Positions 47,060 through 56,153 of a stretch of DNA of 64,000 nt are shown piece after piece. Made by a program: the position numbers and the translations under genes. The stretch is taken from the IMG/VR virus record IMGVR_UViG_3300046463_001154, positions 1-64,000 of that record; one strand, 5' to 3'. The notes below the pieces were generated by a model. The model had not been told where the DNA came from and did no database searches. It saw only the letters and a program-made list of their open reading frames with translations. Every line of letters starts with the position of its first letter. The first letter of the stretch is position 1. This stretch comes from a virus.

Positions 47060-48586
47060 ATGGCTGAGCTTCTGATTCGTCTTCATTCGCATCACTTCGT
47101 TGTCAGCAAGGTGACGCCGCGTGCCATGCCCGCGGTGATCGGGTTCACCAAGCAATTCGTGCAACCACTTCGGACCAAGCCGAGTCCTTACTCGAAAAAG
47201 CCGCCGCCTAAGCCGGCCGTGTACGCAGCGCACTGTAGTGATACTGGGGAGTATCGCTACCACATCAACGTCTTCAAGAAGTTCGAGGAACATCTCGGCT
47301 ACCACAATCTCAAGGACTCACTGATCGAAATCGAACGTCCGGAGCTGCCAGCCGTACGTGAAGTGGAGCTGCCCATTTTCGACAAGTGGGATCTTCGCGA
47401 CTATCAGGACGAGGGCGTCGAGTATGTGCTGAAACCCGATGGCTCGGTGTCGAAATTGATCGAGTTCCAGACTGGTAAGGGTAAGGGCGTGACGTCTTTG
47501 TTTGCGGTGTCGAAGACCGGTCTCGCGCCGGTCATCATCGTGAAGCCGATGTACCTCGAGAAGTGGGTCGAAGAAATCCGCGACGTCTATGACATCGCTA
47601 TCGAAGACCTCATGGTTATTCGCGGGAGCGAACACCTGATGGCACTTCTTGAGATGGCTGCCGCCGGCGAGCTCACGAGCAAGATCGTCCTCATCAGTAA
47701 CAAGACGATCCAGAACTGGCTCAAGTTGTACGAGCGGTTCGGCGATCAGACGCTTGAGATGGGTTACGTGTGCCGTCCTTCGGAGCTCATGCAGACACTG
47801 CGTTCGGGCTTTCGCTTGATTGATGAAGTGCACCAGGACTTCCATCTGAACTTCAAGCTCGACCTGTACACGCACTGCCAACGTTCGCTCTCACTGTCGG
47901 CGACGCTCGAAAAGGAAGATGCGTTCATCAACCGCATGTACGAGATCGCGTATCCGACGCCCGACCGTCACAAGGGACCGGCGTACGACCGATACACGAA
48001 TGCGACCGCCCTCTTCTACCGAATCCAGCGTCCTGAAAAGATTCGATGCGTAGAGAACGGCAACTACTCGAACCATGTGTACGAGAAGTATCTGATGAAC
48101 AATCCGCAGGTGTGCTCTAACTACCTGCATTTGATCGATCAGGTGTTGAAGGCGAAATATCTCAGGAACTACCAGCCCACCGAAAAGGCAATCATCTTCT
48201 GCGCGTCGATCGAGTTTTGCACGCTCGTGACGGAGTTCATGCGCAAGCAGTATCCGAACATGGACGTGCGGCGATACGTCGAAGATGACCCGTTCGAAAA
48301 CTGTATCGAGGCAGACATTCGCGTGACGACTCCGCAGTCGGCAGGCACGGCAGTCGACATCCCGAACTTGACCACGAACATCATGTCGGTGGCGATTTCG
48401 AGTCAGCAGTCGATCCTGCAGATCTTCGGCCGTACGCGAAAGCTGAAATCCGGTAAGACTCCCGAGTGTGTTTCGCTGTACTGCTCGGATGTCGATAAGC
48501 ACGTGAGCTATCAGCAGAAGAACCAAGAACTGCTGCGCAACCGTGCTTTGAACTACTCGTCAGTTTTCATCCCCAACGCATTGTGA
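47060..48586 (+). CDS. SF2 (DEVH) helicase, phiKZ gp75-like; probable start MAELLI
   Basis: LRDYQ, QTGKGKG, DEVH, SAT, AGTAVDIPNL, QIFGRTR. Confidence 0.92.
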   Translation: MAELLIRLHSHHFVVSKVTPRAMPAVIGFTKQFVQPLRTKPSPYSKKPPPKPAVYAAHCSDTGEYRYHINVFKKFEEHLGYHNLKDSLIEIERPELPAVREVELPIFDKWDLRDYQDEGVEYVLKPDGSVSKLIEFQTGKGKGVTSLFAVSKTGLAPVIIVKPMYLEKWVEEIRDVYDIAIEDLMVIRGSEHLMALLEMAAAGELTSKIVLISNKTIQNWLKLYERFGDQTLEMGYVCRPSELMQTLRSGFRLIDEVHQDFHLNFKLDLYTHCQRSLSLSATLEKEDAFINRMYEIAYPTPDRHKGPAYDRYTNATALFYRIQRPEKIRCVENGNYSNHVYEKYLMNNPQVCSNYLHLIDQVLKAKYLRNYQPTEKAIIFCASIEFCTLVTEFMRKQYPNMDVRRYVEDDPFENCIEADIRVTTPQSAGTAVDIPNLTTNIMSVAISSQQSILQIFGRTRKLKSGKTPECVSLYCSDVDKHVSYQQKNQELLRNRALNYSSVFIPNAL

Positions 48587-48760
48587 AGCTAGGAGGTAGC
48601 AAGGAAACGTAGGAAACGAATCAAGGATCAACAAGAAAAAGAACGTAGGCCAGTACGGGGCCGGGCCATAGGGCGGCCCGGTTATAAATAGCTTTTTCGA
48701 TACGAGTATCACACTTGAACAGCAGCTGAATAACAATTCTTATAAACGAGGAAGTCAAGC

Positions 48761-49201
48761 ATGAATCGCGTTGTCATTAATCGCATCACCCCCGTCGGTA
48801 CCGCTATCGTGGAAATGTTGTATCTCATGTTCCAACATCAGGGATCACCTCGCGGCAATACGCACATCACTCAGCACACTGAGCGGAGCATGCGTGTCAC
48901 GCGCTTAAAGATGTTCGTCGAGAAGCATCCCGGAGGCCGCCACTTCGGCTGCCGTAACGCCTGGATCTGCGAGACGGACCGCAATGTGTTCAGTGTCTAT
49001 TTGACGGACTATGAGCAAACGACTGATCTCTTCAAGGATCACCAGTGCTTGGAAGATGGACTGGAGTTCTTGAACGGCTATGAGTATCAGTTGTCCGAAC
49101 TGTATCAGGCATGCCAGGACGTTCAAGATTTCCTGGTGAAAGAAAAGCTTCCGATGCGTGGTTTCCAACGCACGCCGGAGCTCGTCCAGAAAGCGGCTTA
49201 A
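48761..49201 (+). CDS. Hypothetical protein, 146 aa
   Basis: GAGGA RBS; followed by a terminator. Confidence 0.65.
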   Translation: MNRVVINRITPVGTAIVEMLYLMFQHQGSPRGNTHITQHTERSMRVTRLKMFVEKHPGGRHFGCRNAWICETDRNVFSVYLTDYEQTTDLFKDHQCLEDGLEFLNGYEYQLSELYQACQDVQDFLVKEKLPMRGFQRTPELVQKAA

Positions 49202-49215
49202 TACCGTAACGCAGG

Positions 49216-49260
49216 CTGCCAGGGGGAGACCCCTGGCAGTTATGCCGTCTTTGTTTTTTT
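49216..49260 (+). terminator. Terminator with TATGCCGT 3' flank
   Basis: CTGCCAGGGG-gaga-CCCCTGGCAG, TATGCCGT at 49241-49248, T run. Confidence 0.78.
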
Positions 49261-49275
49261 GCTGATCCTAGAAAG

Positions 49276-49301
49276 TTTCAGTCACATATGACGTCCCTGA
49301 A
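49276..49301 (+). promoter_or_regulatory. Putative phage early promoter (one mismatch)
   Basis: tttcagtca-CATATGAC (49285-49292)-gtccc-TGAA. Confidence 0.6.
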
Positions 49302-49362
49302 CCAGATCGAGTGTCGCCGAGCGCGGTGGCCTCGCTTATCGATTTCTTCAGGGACGTCAATC

Positions 49363-49704
49363 ATGAACGCAGAGAACAAGAAAGTGTTGGAACACATCAA
49401 GCTTCGCGGTGCGGAAATTGGCCACGTCTATAACTGCCAGTTCGGGGAACAGGGCGAGGCTCGCTACGAGGAAAACGCGCCGTGCGAAGTGCTCGCCATC
49501 AAGAAGGACGATGTCGGCAGGCCGGTTCTTTTGGTCCGCAAGCTGCAGCAGAAAAGACATATCGGGATCGCCACGCTCGGCGATGAAGGCACACACGGTG
49601 CGGTGTACTGCGCCCGCAGCCGGGTCATCGGTGCAGAAGGACCCGGCTGGCTTCGGCTCAATGGCCTTGCAGATGCCAAGCGCGCACTGGGCTGGCAAGA
49701 CTGA
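49363..49704 (+). CDS. Hypothetical protein; probable start MNAENK
   Basis: AGGGA RBS; downstream of the promoter motif. Confidence 0.6.
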   Translation: MNAENKKVLEHIKLRGAEIGHVYNCQFGEQGEARYEENAPCEVLAIKKDDVGRPVLLVRKLQQKRHIGIATLGDEGTHGAVYCARSRVIGAEGPGWLRLNGLADAKRALGWQD

Positions 49705-49761
49705 TCGACAACGTCGTCCAGCACGAATATTCTAACCACATCGAAAACAAGGAGTATCACC

Positions 49762-50250
49762 ATGAGCAAGAGAACGCCGGACCAAATCCACCGGGCAGCG
49801 GAAAGCCTTCGCGCAGAGTTGGCGGGCAAGATCGAGAAGTTCGGTTACACGCAACTCGTCATCTTCCCGACGGAAGAGGATCCTGACACCGTGAAGTTCA
49901 TGTACACCATCGGTCTGACCAAGAAGGGCTTCCCGGAGATTCTGGTCTCTGGCAACCTGACCAACCAGGGTGCAATGGACATCATTGCTGAAGTCGCAAG
50001 CGATCTGGAGCGCAACAACGGCCAGATTGAGATGGGCGTACGCGACGACCTGTTCAGCGTGCGTGTTGAACTGCGCGACGTAACCAGTCCCGTGGCACGG
50101 AACGAGTATGTCTGCCAAGCCGTGGAAATGTACGGCGAGCAGGTGCGCGTCATTCAAGTCGTTTGGGCGGATCCGAACAACTTCCTGCCAAACGAGGAGG
50201 GCTACGACTCCGCGAAGTGCGTGCAGGAATTCTTGCCGATGGTCCAGTAA
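49762..50250 (+). CDS. DUF4262-like protein, 162 aa
   Basis: FMYTIGLT..GFPEIL..G and QVVWAD...FLPNEEGY match the DUF4262 pattern; AAGGAG RBS. Confidence 0.75.
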   Translation: MSKRTPDQIHRAAESLRAELAGKIEKFGYTQLVIFPTEEDPDTVKFMYTIGLTKKGFPEILVSGNLTNQGAMDIIAEVASDLERNNGQIEMGVRDDLFSVRVELRDVTSPVARNEYVCQAVEMYGEQVRVIQVVWADPNNFLPNEEGYDSAKCVQEFLPMVQ

Positions 50251-50307
50251 AACGACTGCGGCGGGAAGACCATCCGTGTCCGATCTAACCTGAGAGAGGG
50301 TAAAATC

Positions 50308-50628
50308 ATGCGTGAGAAGCAGTTCAGCGCTACACAGCGCACAGTGTTGAATATGCTGTTGATGGACCCACCGACCTGCGCGGTCGAGATCAAAGCGGCG
50401 GCCGAGTATCTGACCGTACTCGCTGACCACATCAAGTTAGAAACGGAAGTTCGCAAACACGTCTGGTCCGAACGAGATCTTGAACTCGTCGCGAGCCTGT
50501 CGCAATCACTGGTCTCATCCACGTCGCAGCACATCGATCAAGAACAGCGTAACGCGCTGATTACTCACGCCCAGCTTGCGCTCATTCATCCCCGACTTGT
50601 CGTCTGTCTGGGCGACGAAATCGAATAA
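50308..50628 (+). CDS. Hypothetical protein, 106 aa
   Basis: GAGGG RBS; part of the + strand run. Confidence 0.55.
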   Translation: MREKQFSATQRTVLNMLLMDPPTCAVEIKAAAEYLTVLADHIKLETEVRKHVWSERDLELVASLSQSLVSSTSQHIDQEQRNALITHAQLALIHPRLVVCLGDEIE

Positions 50629-50640
50629 GGCATTACCTCC

Positions 50641-51168
50641 ATGAACGATACATTTGGCGAGGACATTCTCGCAATCAATCAACGCGCTTTCAATGAGCTG
50701 CGCGAATATCTCGCTGGACAGACTACTGACCATAAAGGCGTGGTGCTTGTCCCGTCGACGTCTGTCGCTCGCATCGGTAATGTGAAAGACGCGGCTGAAC
50801 AGATCCTGCTCGTGGCGAAGTATCTGAAGTTGAAGGTCTGGTCAGGCCTCATGGCCTGCTGCCTCGTCAACGGCGTGCTTCCCGTCGAGGGCAGTCTCGA
50901 TGCGGTCGATGCACTCACGACGTTCGACGGCCGTCAGCTCTCTGTCGCGAGCACGACAGCACATCGGATCCGCAGGGACCTGAGCGAATGGCGGACGTCC
51001 GAGCGCAACGTTGGGTTAGTAGATCCAGTTTCCTTCTTCGCGTGGTGCGAGGAAGAGGACATCGATACCAACTACGTTCGACTGTTCCGCGAGGTTGCCG
51101 GGTGCGGTGCAGGAAAGATGATCGGTGTCCTTCCGCTCGTCGACGTCGTGCGCTACAGCTACGATTGA
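50641..51168 (+). CDS. Hypothetical protein, 175 aa
   Basis: Part of the + strand run; followed by a terminator. Confidence 0.6.
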   Translation: MNDTFGEDILAINQRAFNELREYLAGQTTDHKGVVLVPSTSVARIGNVKDAAEQILLVAKYLKLKVWSGLMACCLVNGVLPVEGSLDAVDALTTFDGRQLSVASTTAHRIRRDLSEWRTSERNVGLVDPVSFFAWCEEEDIDTNYVRLFREVAGCGAGKMIGVLPLVDVVRYSYD

Positions 51169-51183
51169 TCTCCCCTGCTTGGG

Positions 51184-51223
51184 GGCATAGACGGCCTGGG
51201 AAAACCCAGGCCGTTTTTTATTT
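51184..51223 (+). terminator. Terminator with GGCATA 5' flank
   Basis: GGCATAG-ACGGCCTGGG-aaaa-CCCAGGCCGT followed by a T run. Confidence 0.78.
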
Positions 51224-51340
51224 GTCAGTTTCCTAAAGATTTGCTTCAGCGTTCCGATAACCGTCTGAGATGCGGCGGCCTCCGACTCCCTGTGTCCCCT
51301 GCCCTTTCGGGCAAACGTTTTCAAATAGAAAGGAACGAAC

Positions 51341-51994
51341 ATGTTGATTAAGTGCGCCGGCATTGGCCGGCTGGCTCTGTGTGCCTCACTGATTACCGCC
51401 TTGGCTGCCTGCTCGCATTCGCCGTCGGAGAGCGACGCGAAAGCGGTTATCAAGAGTCGTCTGGAAAACTGCGATTACCTTTCGCTCGATAGCTTCGATC
51501 GCGTGAACGGCATCGCTCAGGGAGACCAGTACTACAACGTCGCCGTCGCGTATTCCATTTCGCTTTCGAAGCCCGACAGCGACATCCGTGATCGGTTCAA
51601 GGAGCAGGCCAAGCTCACCAATCGAATTGCTGAGTTGCAGAAGGAATCTGCGGACAGCATGAAGGCGAGCCAGGAACAGTTCCACGAATACGAGCAGGCT
51701 CACCCTGACGATACCGATGCATCCGTCCACTTTGACGCAGAGGACTCGGGCAAGACCCTACGGGACAAGAACCGCGATGAAATCAACGAACTGAGCACCC
51801 AGCTCGCACAGGACAATGCCGCAGCGACCTGGTTGAATCGGCTTCGGAGCAGCTGCCCTCGCGCTGCAGACTCGTGGTTGTACACCATCAAACAGGTCCC
51901 GATGCAGGCTCTCCTCGATGGTGATGGCAAGATGAACTTCACGGAGACCATCGCAATGATCAAGACCGACAACGGGTGGCAGGCAGCACGCTGA
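51341..51994 (+). CDS. Lipoprotein with a coiled-coil insert, 217 aa
   Basis: Signal peptide with lipobox LAAC; AAGGA RBS; C-terminal IKTDNGWQ. Confidence 0.75.
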   Translation: MLIKCAGIGRLALCASLITALAACSHSPSESDAKAVIKSRLENCDYLSLDSFDRVNGIAQGDQYYNVAVAYSISLSKPDSDIRDRFKEQAKLTNRIAELQKESADSMKASQEQFHEYEQAHPDDTDASVHFDAEDSGKTLRDKNRDEINELSTQLAQDNAAATWLNRLRSSCPRAADSWLYTIKQVPMQALLDGDGKMNFTETIAMIKTDNGWQAAR

Positions 51995-52038
51995 GTGAAA
52001 CACGACGGGTCTCCGGACCCGTTTTTTTTGCTCAAAAA

Positions 52039-53187
52039 CTAAGCAGTCCTCATTAGATGCTTGGCTTCCAACAGGCTCCGCAGGCCGGCGATGTGTTCCC
52101 GAATCTGTGCCGTCACCGGCGGCCGTGCGCGTTCCTCGTTCGGCTTCGTGTACGAGTTGAGCGCTGGCTGGAACAAGTCGAGATCTGATGGCGTGGCGAG
52201 ACGGATCTGTCCGCGGGTGATCGCGTCAGCAAAGCCTGCCTTCCATGCAGCGGCCTGACGTCCGATGCCCTCATCGCGGTTGTAGATGACCATGCCCTCG
52301 CCTTCCGCGTCGATCACGTACTTGCGCTGACCGGAGACGTCGACAAAGGTCTGGCCTGCGCTATGACGAGCGATCTGGTCTGCCTCAAACTTGCGCTTGA
52401 GCTGGACCTCTGCCCTCACCTTCGCTTCATTGCGGTGGCGGAGCAGGTGACCGAAGTCCACTGTGCCGCGTAGGAGGCTCCGGAGATAGTTGATCGGGGC
52501 CTTGGCGCGCTTCAGGTGCTCCCACGTTACCTCGACCACATCGGAAAGTCGCTTGCCGTGCTCGCCCGCTTCCCGCATGAGTTTGAAAATCAAGAAATCA
52601 AAAAAACCCAGGGACCGCAGGCGTTGAAGATCCTCAGGCACTTGCCCCGGTTGTCTCTTTTGAAAAACAGAAGGGCTTAGATCCTTATATATACCACCGT
52701 CTGCCAACTTGGCAGACGGGTGCTCAAACGAAGGTGAGGGCGCTTGTGCGGGCTGCACTACCTTCGCTTCCATGGGCTCAACGAGGCCCAGCAAAGCGGC
52801 AGCGTGCTCTGTGAGATGGATGTAGGCACGGCCGAAGAGACCGGCTTCTACGTAGCGCGCTTGGGCGCGGCGATCGATTAGACCGGCAGACTCCAGATCG
52901 TCGAGGCTCCGGTAGAACGTCCGCATGGATTGCAACGCGCGCCCCGTCAGCAACTCGCGACGGGCGAAGATTGCAGCGTAGGGTTTAGCGGCGTCCACGG
53001 TGCGGGCGAGGGCGGATAGAACCGCTCGGGCACGAGGAGGGATCTCTTCGATGTGCGAGGCCCGGAACGCTGCACGGAAGATAACCCAGGGCAGGTTGGT
53101 CGTGTCGCAGCGAAAGGCGGTAAGGGCGGCTGAATCGTCGGGGTGTGTGTCACCCTCGCCAGCAACGAACTGTTGCGCGATAGACAT
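52039..53187 (-). CDS. Plasmid/chromid replication initiator (Burkholderiales 'replication protein O'-type Rep), 382 aa
   Basis: N-terminal winged HTH (RARAVLSALARTVD...SMRTFYRSLDDLESAGLI); directly downstream of parA-parB on the same strand; AT-rich internal linker. Confidence 0.8.
   Translation of the reverse strand: MSIAQQFVAGEGDTHPDDSAALTAFRCDTTNLPWVIFRAAFRASHIEEIPPRARAVLSALARTVDAAKPYAAIFARRELLTGRALQSMRTFYRSLDDLESAGLIDRRAQARYVEAGLFGRAYIHLTEHAAALLGLVEPMEAKVVQPAQAPSPSFEHPSAKLADGGIYKDLSPSVFQKRQPGQVPEDLQRLRSLGFFDFLIFKLMREAGEHGKRLSDVVEVTWEHLKRAKAPINYLRSLLRGTVDFGHLLRHRNEAKVRAEVQLKRKFEADQIARHSAGQTFVDVSGQRKYVIDAEGEGMVIYNRDEGIGRQAAAWKAGFADAITRGQIRLATPSDLDLFQPALNSYTKPNEERARPPVTAQIREHIAGLRSLLEAKHLMRTA
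52697..52719. promoter_or_regulatory. Perfect 11-bp inverted repeat inside rep beside an AT-rich stretch (candidate oriV)
   Basis: CCGTCTGCCAA-C-TTGGCAGACGG; AT-rich from about 52580 to 52695. Confidence 0.5.
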
Positions 53188-53224
53188 GTCGAGCGGTCCA
53201 TTTTCAAAAATGGATTGAAGACGC

Positions 53225-53360
53225 TTGACTGTCTCTCGCTATCCGTTACACTCGGGTCTGTTGAGGTCCGCTACCGGTTGGCGCCGGGAGTGTGACGGGT
53301 GAGGTTGAGTCAACCAAGCCCTCGAAAGCCTTCGGTTCGCCCCGAAGGCTTTTGTTTTTT
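53225..53360 (+). ncRNA. Predicted counter-transcribed (antisense) RNA of about 100 nt in the parB-rep gap, with its promoter and terminator
   Basis: TTGACT (53225-53230)-16 nt-TACACT (53247-53252); terminator AAAGCCTTCGG-ttcgcc-CCGAAGGCTTT plus T run; opposite strand to rep; no ORF. Confidence 0.65.
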
Positions 53361-53410
53361 CTACGTGGGTTAGTGCATGGCGGTTCCGTTTAAGTTAAAC
53401 GCCGTTGAAT

Positions 53411-54409
53411 TTAAAGGGTTTTATTTTCAGAACCCTCTTGCAGCACCTTCTGAATGGCTGCCTGAAGACGTTCTGCTTCCGCTTCCGACGCGAATTGCAG
53501 GCGCATGACATTCTTAGCGCGCCTCAGTTCGCAATACACCGACTTCCCTTGCTTTACTTTGACCGTGACCGGTACGGCTGCCGGCGACGCGGCTTTGGTC
53601 GGCTCAGCCGCCGCGAGCTTGACCGTCTGGCCTTGGTCGATTTCTCCAGCCGCCAGTCGCTTAAATGCCGCTGTTACTTGTTCGCCCCTGCCCTTCTTGG
53701 TCAGTCCAGCAAGCTGAAAAGCAGCCGCGGAGCCGAGGAGGGTGGGGCGTTCCGCGACCGAAGCCAAGACTTCCGTCGGCAGGTTCTCGAAGGCCAAAAG
53801 AAACGAGATGACGGTCTCAGAAACGCCCGTCCGCTCGGAGAGCTGCCCTCTGGTGAGATTGGGCTGCCTCGCAAGGATCCCCTTCAGTCCGACGTACTTC
53901 TCGTAATCCGTTAAGTCCGACTGCATCAAGTTGGCGAAGAACGCGCTGTCTGTGACCTCAGGATCAGTGCCTTCCAAGATGACCGCTTGAATGCTGGATC
54001 GCCCTAGTTCCCGGTAAGCATCGATTCGGTGGTGACCGGAGACGATTTCGTATCGTCCTTCGGCACCACGGCGCACGACGACAGGATGCACGAGCTGGTT
54101 ATGCCGGAGGTTCTCACGCAGTTCGGCGAACTTTTCTGGCGGCATGTGACGCCGCCGCCCCGCTACCTCCACGAGCTCTTGCAACTTAACTTCCATCGCC
54201 GCGTTTCCACCGTTTGCCACCTGGTCACGCAGCGCGGCCATTTCCGCAGACATCGCGTCGATTTCCGCTTGCTTCTCCTTGAGAAGTGGCATGGCGTGCA
54301 ACATCGCGCCTGGTGCTGTTTTCGGCTGGCGCGGTAGCGGCGGGTTCGGAAGGTCGACCACCGGAGCGATCAGTGCGGTTTTTGCCGCTAGCCTATCTTT
54401 GATGCTCAC
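53411..54409 (-). CDS. parB: ParB/RepB partition protein; probable GTG start at 54409
   Basis: HPVVVRR...YEIVSGHHRIDAY ParB box, ANLMQSDLTDYE, HTH; GTGA overlap with the parA stop and AAGGAG RBS. Confidence 0.92.
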   Translation of the reverse strand: MSIKDRLAAKTALIAPVVDLPNPPLPRQPKTAPGAMLHAMPLLKEKQAEIDAMSAEMAALRDQVANGGNAAMEVKLQELVEVAGRRRHMPPEKFAELRENLRHNQLVHPVVVRRGAEGRYEIVSGHHRIDAYRELGRSSIQAVILEGTDPEVTDSAFFANLMQSDLTDYEKYVGLKGILARQPNLTRGQLSERTGVSETVISFLLAFENLPTEVLASVAERPTLLGSAAAFQLAGLTKKGRGEQVTAAFKRLAAGEIDQGQTVKLAAAEPTKAASPAAVPVTVKVKQGKSVYCELRRAKNVMRLQFASEAEAERLQAAIQKVLQEGSENKTL

Positions 54410-55641
54410 AATGACTCCTTCTGCGCTTCCCACAGCGCTACGATTTCTTGATCGATCATTTCAGCGAACCGATCGTACGCCTCGCGGGCCCGTTGGTAAG
54501 TTCTAGTGCTTCCGTCGTACTTGGCTATGTCATAAACCGTCCCGAACTCTGCCGCAGCACTCGCTGTCACCGTTGTCGTCGGGATCTCAACCGGAAGAAC
54601 GAAGGATTCATAGGTCCGATTAATCCAGTCACGGACGGCGTGCGTCGAGGCCAGGCTGGAATCGACCTTCGACAGAAGCACATGGATGAAGTCGAACCGT
54701 TTGTTATCGACCTCAGGTACCAACCCCTTCATGCTGTCGGCAAGGTCCGCGAAGAGATTCCAAAATTGGGTCGACGAGGCGTAGTCCAGCGCGCTCGGGG
54801 GCGTGGGCACGATAAGAGCATCGGCCGCCATAAACGCATTGATGGTCATGTACGACAGTGCGGGCGGCGTATCAATGATGACGACGTCGTAATCATCCAA
54901 GCACGGCTCGAGCCCTTTGTTTAGGACGTTCCAAAATTCGAAGGTAGGATCCTTCGACTGCTTGAAAGGTAGGAAGAATTCGGCCCCAAACAGCGCGGCA
55001 CTCGCCGAGATTAGATCAATTCCGTCCCAGTACGTCGATTTGATCGCGTACTCCACGCTCTGATGTTCTCCGTAGACGAGGGGTAGGACGGTCTGGTCTT
55101 CCTCCACCTCGCTGTCCGCCAAGATACCCGTGAGCGCCGTCAGCGAAGCTTGCGGGTCCAGGTCAATCAGCAACACACGTCGCCCGTAGAGAGACAGGCC
55201 TTGGGCCAACGTCATCGCAGTGGTAGTCTTGCTGACTCCGCCCTTGAAGTTGCCGATGGCGATCTTTTTGCCCTTCACGCCCGGGGGCCGTTTGGTGAAC
55301 GGTCCGAGCTTTGCGATCCATTCGCGCGTTTCTGTTAGAGTGAACTCACGCGTCCGGTTCGCTGCAGTCCCCGGCGGAAGTCCGAGCTCGGGCTTGTCCC
55401 ACGAGTAAATAACTTTTTTGCGGTCCACCCGACAGAGCGCCGCTACCTGCGAAGTCGTAAAGACCGGAGAGCGCTTGCGGGGGTGGGGCGCGAGCATGCT
55501 TTCACGGACGTTGACCAGCATCTGGCTTGCGTGATCCGCAACCTTTCGAAGGTCGCTTAGCGGAACCCCTGGCAGAACGTGTTTCACCGCGGGTGCGATG
55601 GAAACGATTGGTTTATCAACACGGAGACGTGCGTCAGCCAT
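54406..55641 (-). CDS. parA: Type Ia ParA partition ATPase with N-terminal HTH; probable start MADARL
   Basis: Deviant Walker A NFKGGVSKTT, IDLDPQASLT, IIDTPP; long N-terminal extension (FTTSQVAALC) typical of plasmid ParA. Confidence 0.95.
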   Translation of the reverse strand: MADARLRVDKPIVSIAPAVKHVLPGVPLSDLRKVADHASQMLVNVRESMLAPHPRKRSPVFTTSQVAALCRVDRKKVIYSWDKPELGLPPGTAANRTREFTLTETREWIAKLGPFTKRPPGVKGKKIAIGNFKGGVSKTTTAMTLAQGLSLYGRRVLLIDLDPQASLTALTGILADSEVEEDQTVLPLVYGEHQSVEYAIKSTYWDGIDLISASAALFGAEFFLPFKQSKDPTFEFWNVLNKGLEPCLDDYDVVIIDTPPALSYMTINAFMAADALIVPTPPSALDYASSTQFWNLFADLADSMKGLVPEVDNKRFDFIHVLLSKVDSSLASTHAVRDWINRTYESFVLPVEIPTTTVTASAAAEFGTVYDIAKYDGSTRTYQRAREAYDRFAEMIDQEIVALWEAQKESL

Positions 55642-55939
55642 AATTGGCGCCTCTGTCCTTCGGACACAATAAAGCGATTCGTTCAAGTCGGTTTGTTTTC
55701 GCCAAAAACGCGTACCAAAGACAGAACATTGGCGAAAGTGCTTCGAACTGTAAACGGTAAACCGGAAGGTGACAAGGTAAACCGTTGTTGCGAAGCCGCG
55801 CCGGGACTAGCTTTCGCGGATAAACCTCGAATCAGTCTTAAGATGGATCGCCGACGTGAAACAACGACTGTCAAGGTTGAAGGCTGTCGATGTCGTGCCA
55901 AATCAAAGACTTAGGTCCCCGGCGGCGATTTTGTTTCAC

Positions 55940-55957
55940 GAGTTCGGAACCGAACTC
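55940..55957. promoter_or_regulatory. Candidate parS centromere palindrome upstream of parA
   Basis: GAGTTCGG-AA-CCGAACTC. Confidence 0.5.
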
Positions 55958-56123
55958 CGCCGGGCGGCAGCATATTCGGCATCCAGACCACCCGTAGCGT
56001 GCCCAAGAGGGCTACAGAGCTAGAAACGTAACGAACAGTACGTTTTTTGTAGTGCAAGGGCTTGCAACTAACCGTCTACCAATTTGAGGCGCGCAACGAC
56101 GGTCGACGAAAGCGTGTAGGATA

Positions 56124-56139
56124 CTGTTCACCCATACAG
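56124..56139. promoter_or_regulatory. LexA (SOS) box upstream of imuA
   Basis: CTGT-TCACCCAT-ACAG matches the beta/gamma-proteobacterial CTGT-N8-ACAG; ends 14 nt before the imuA ATG. Confidence 0.85.
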
Positions 56140-56153
56140 TGCTTGTTGCCGTC

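Noticed and set aside
48695-48720. GAGTATCAC-act-TGAA upstream of the 48761 ORF as a seventh promoter
   Set aside because: Core mismatches and 3-nt rather than 5-nt spacing
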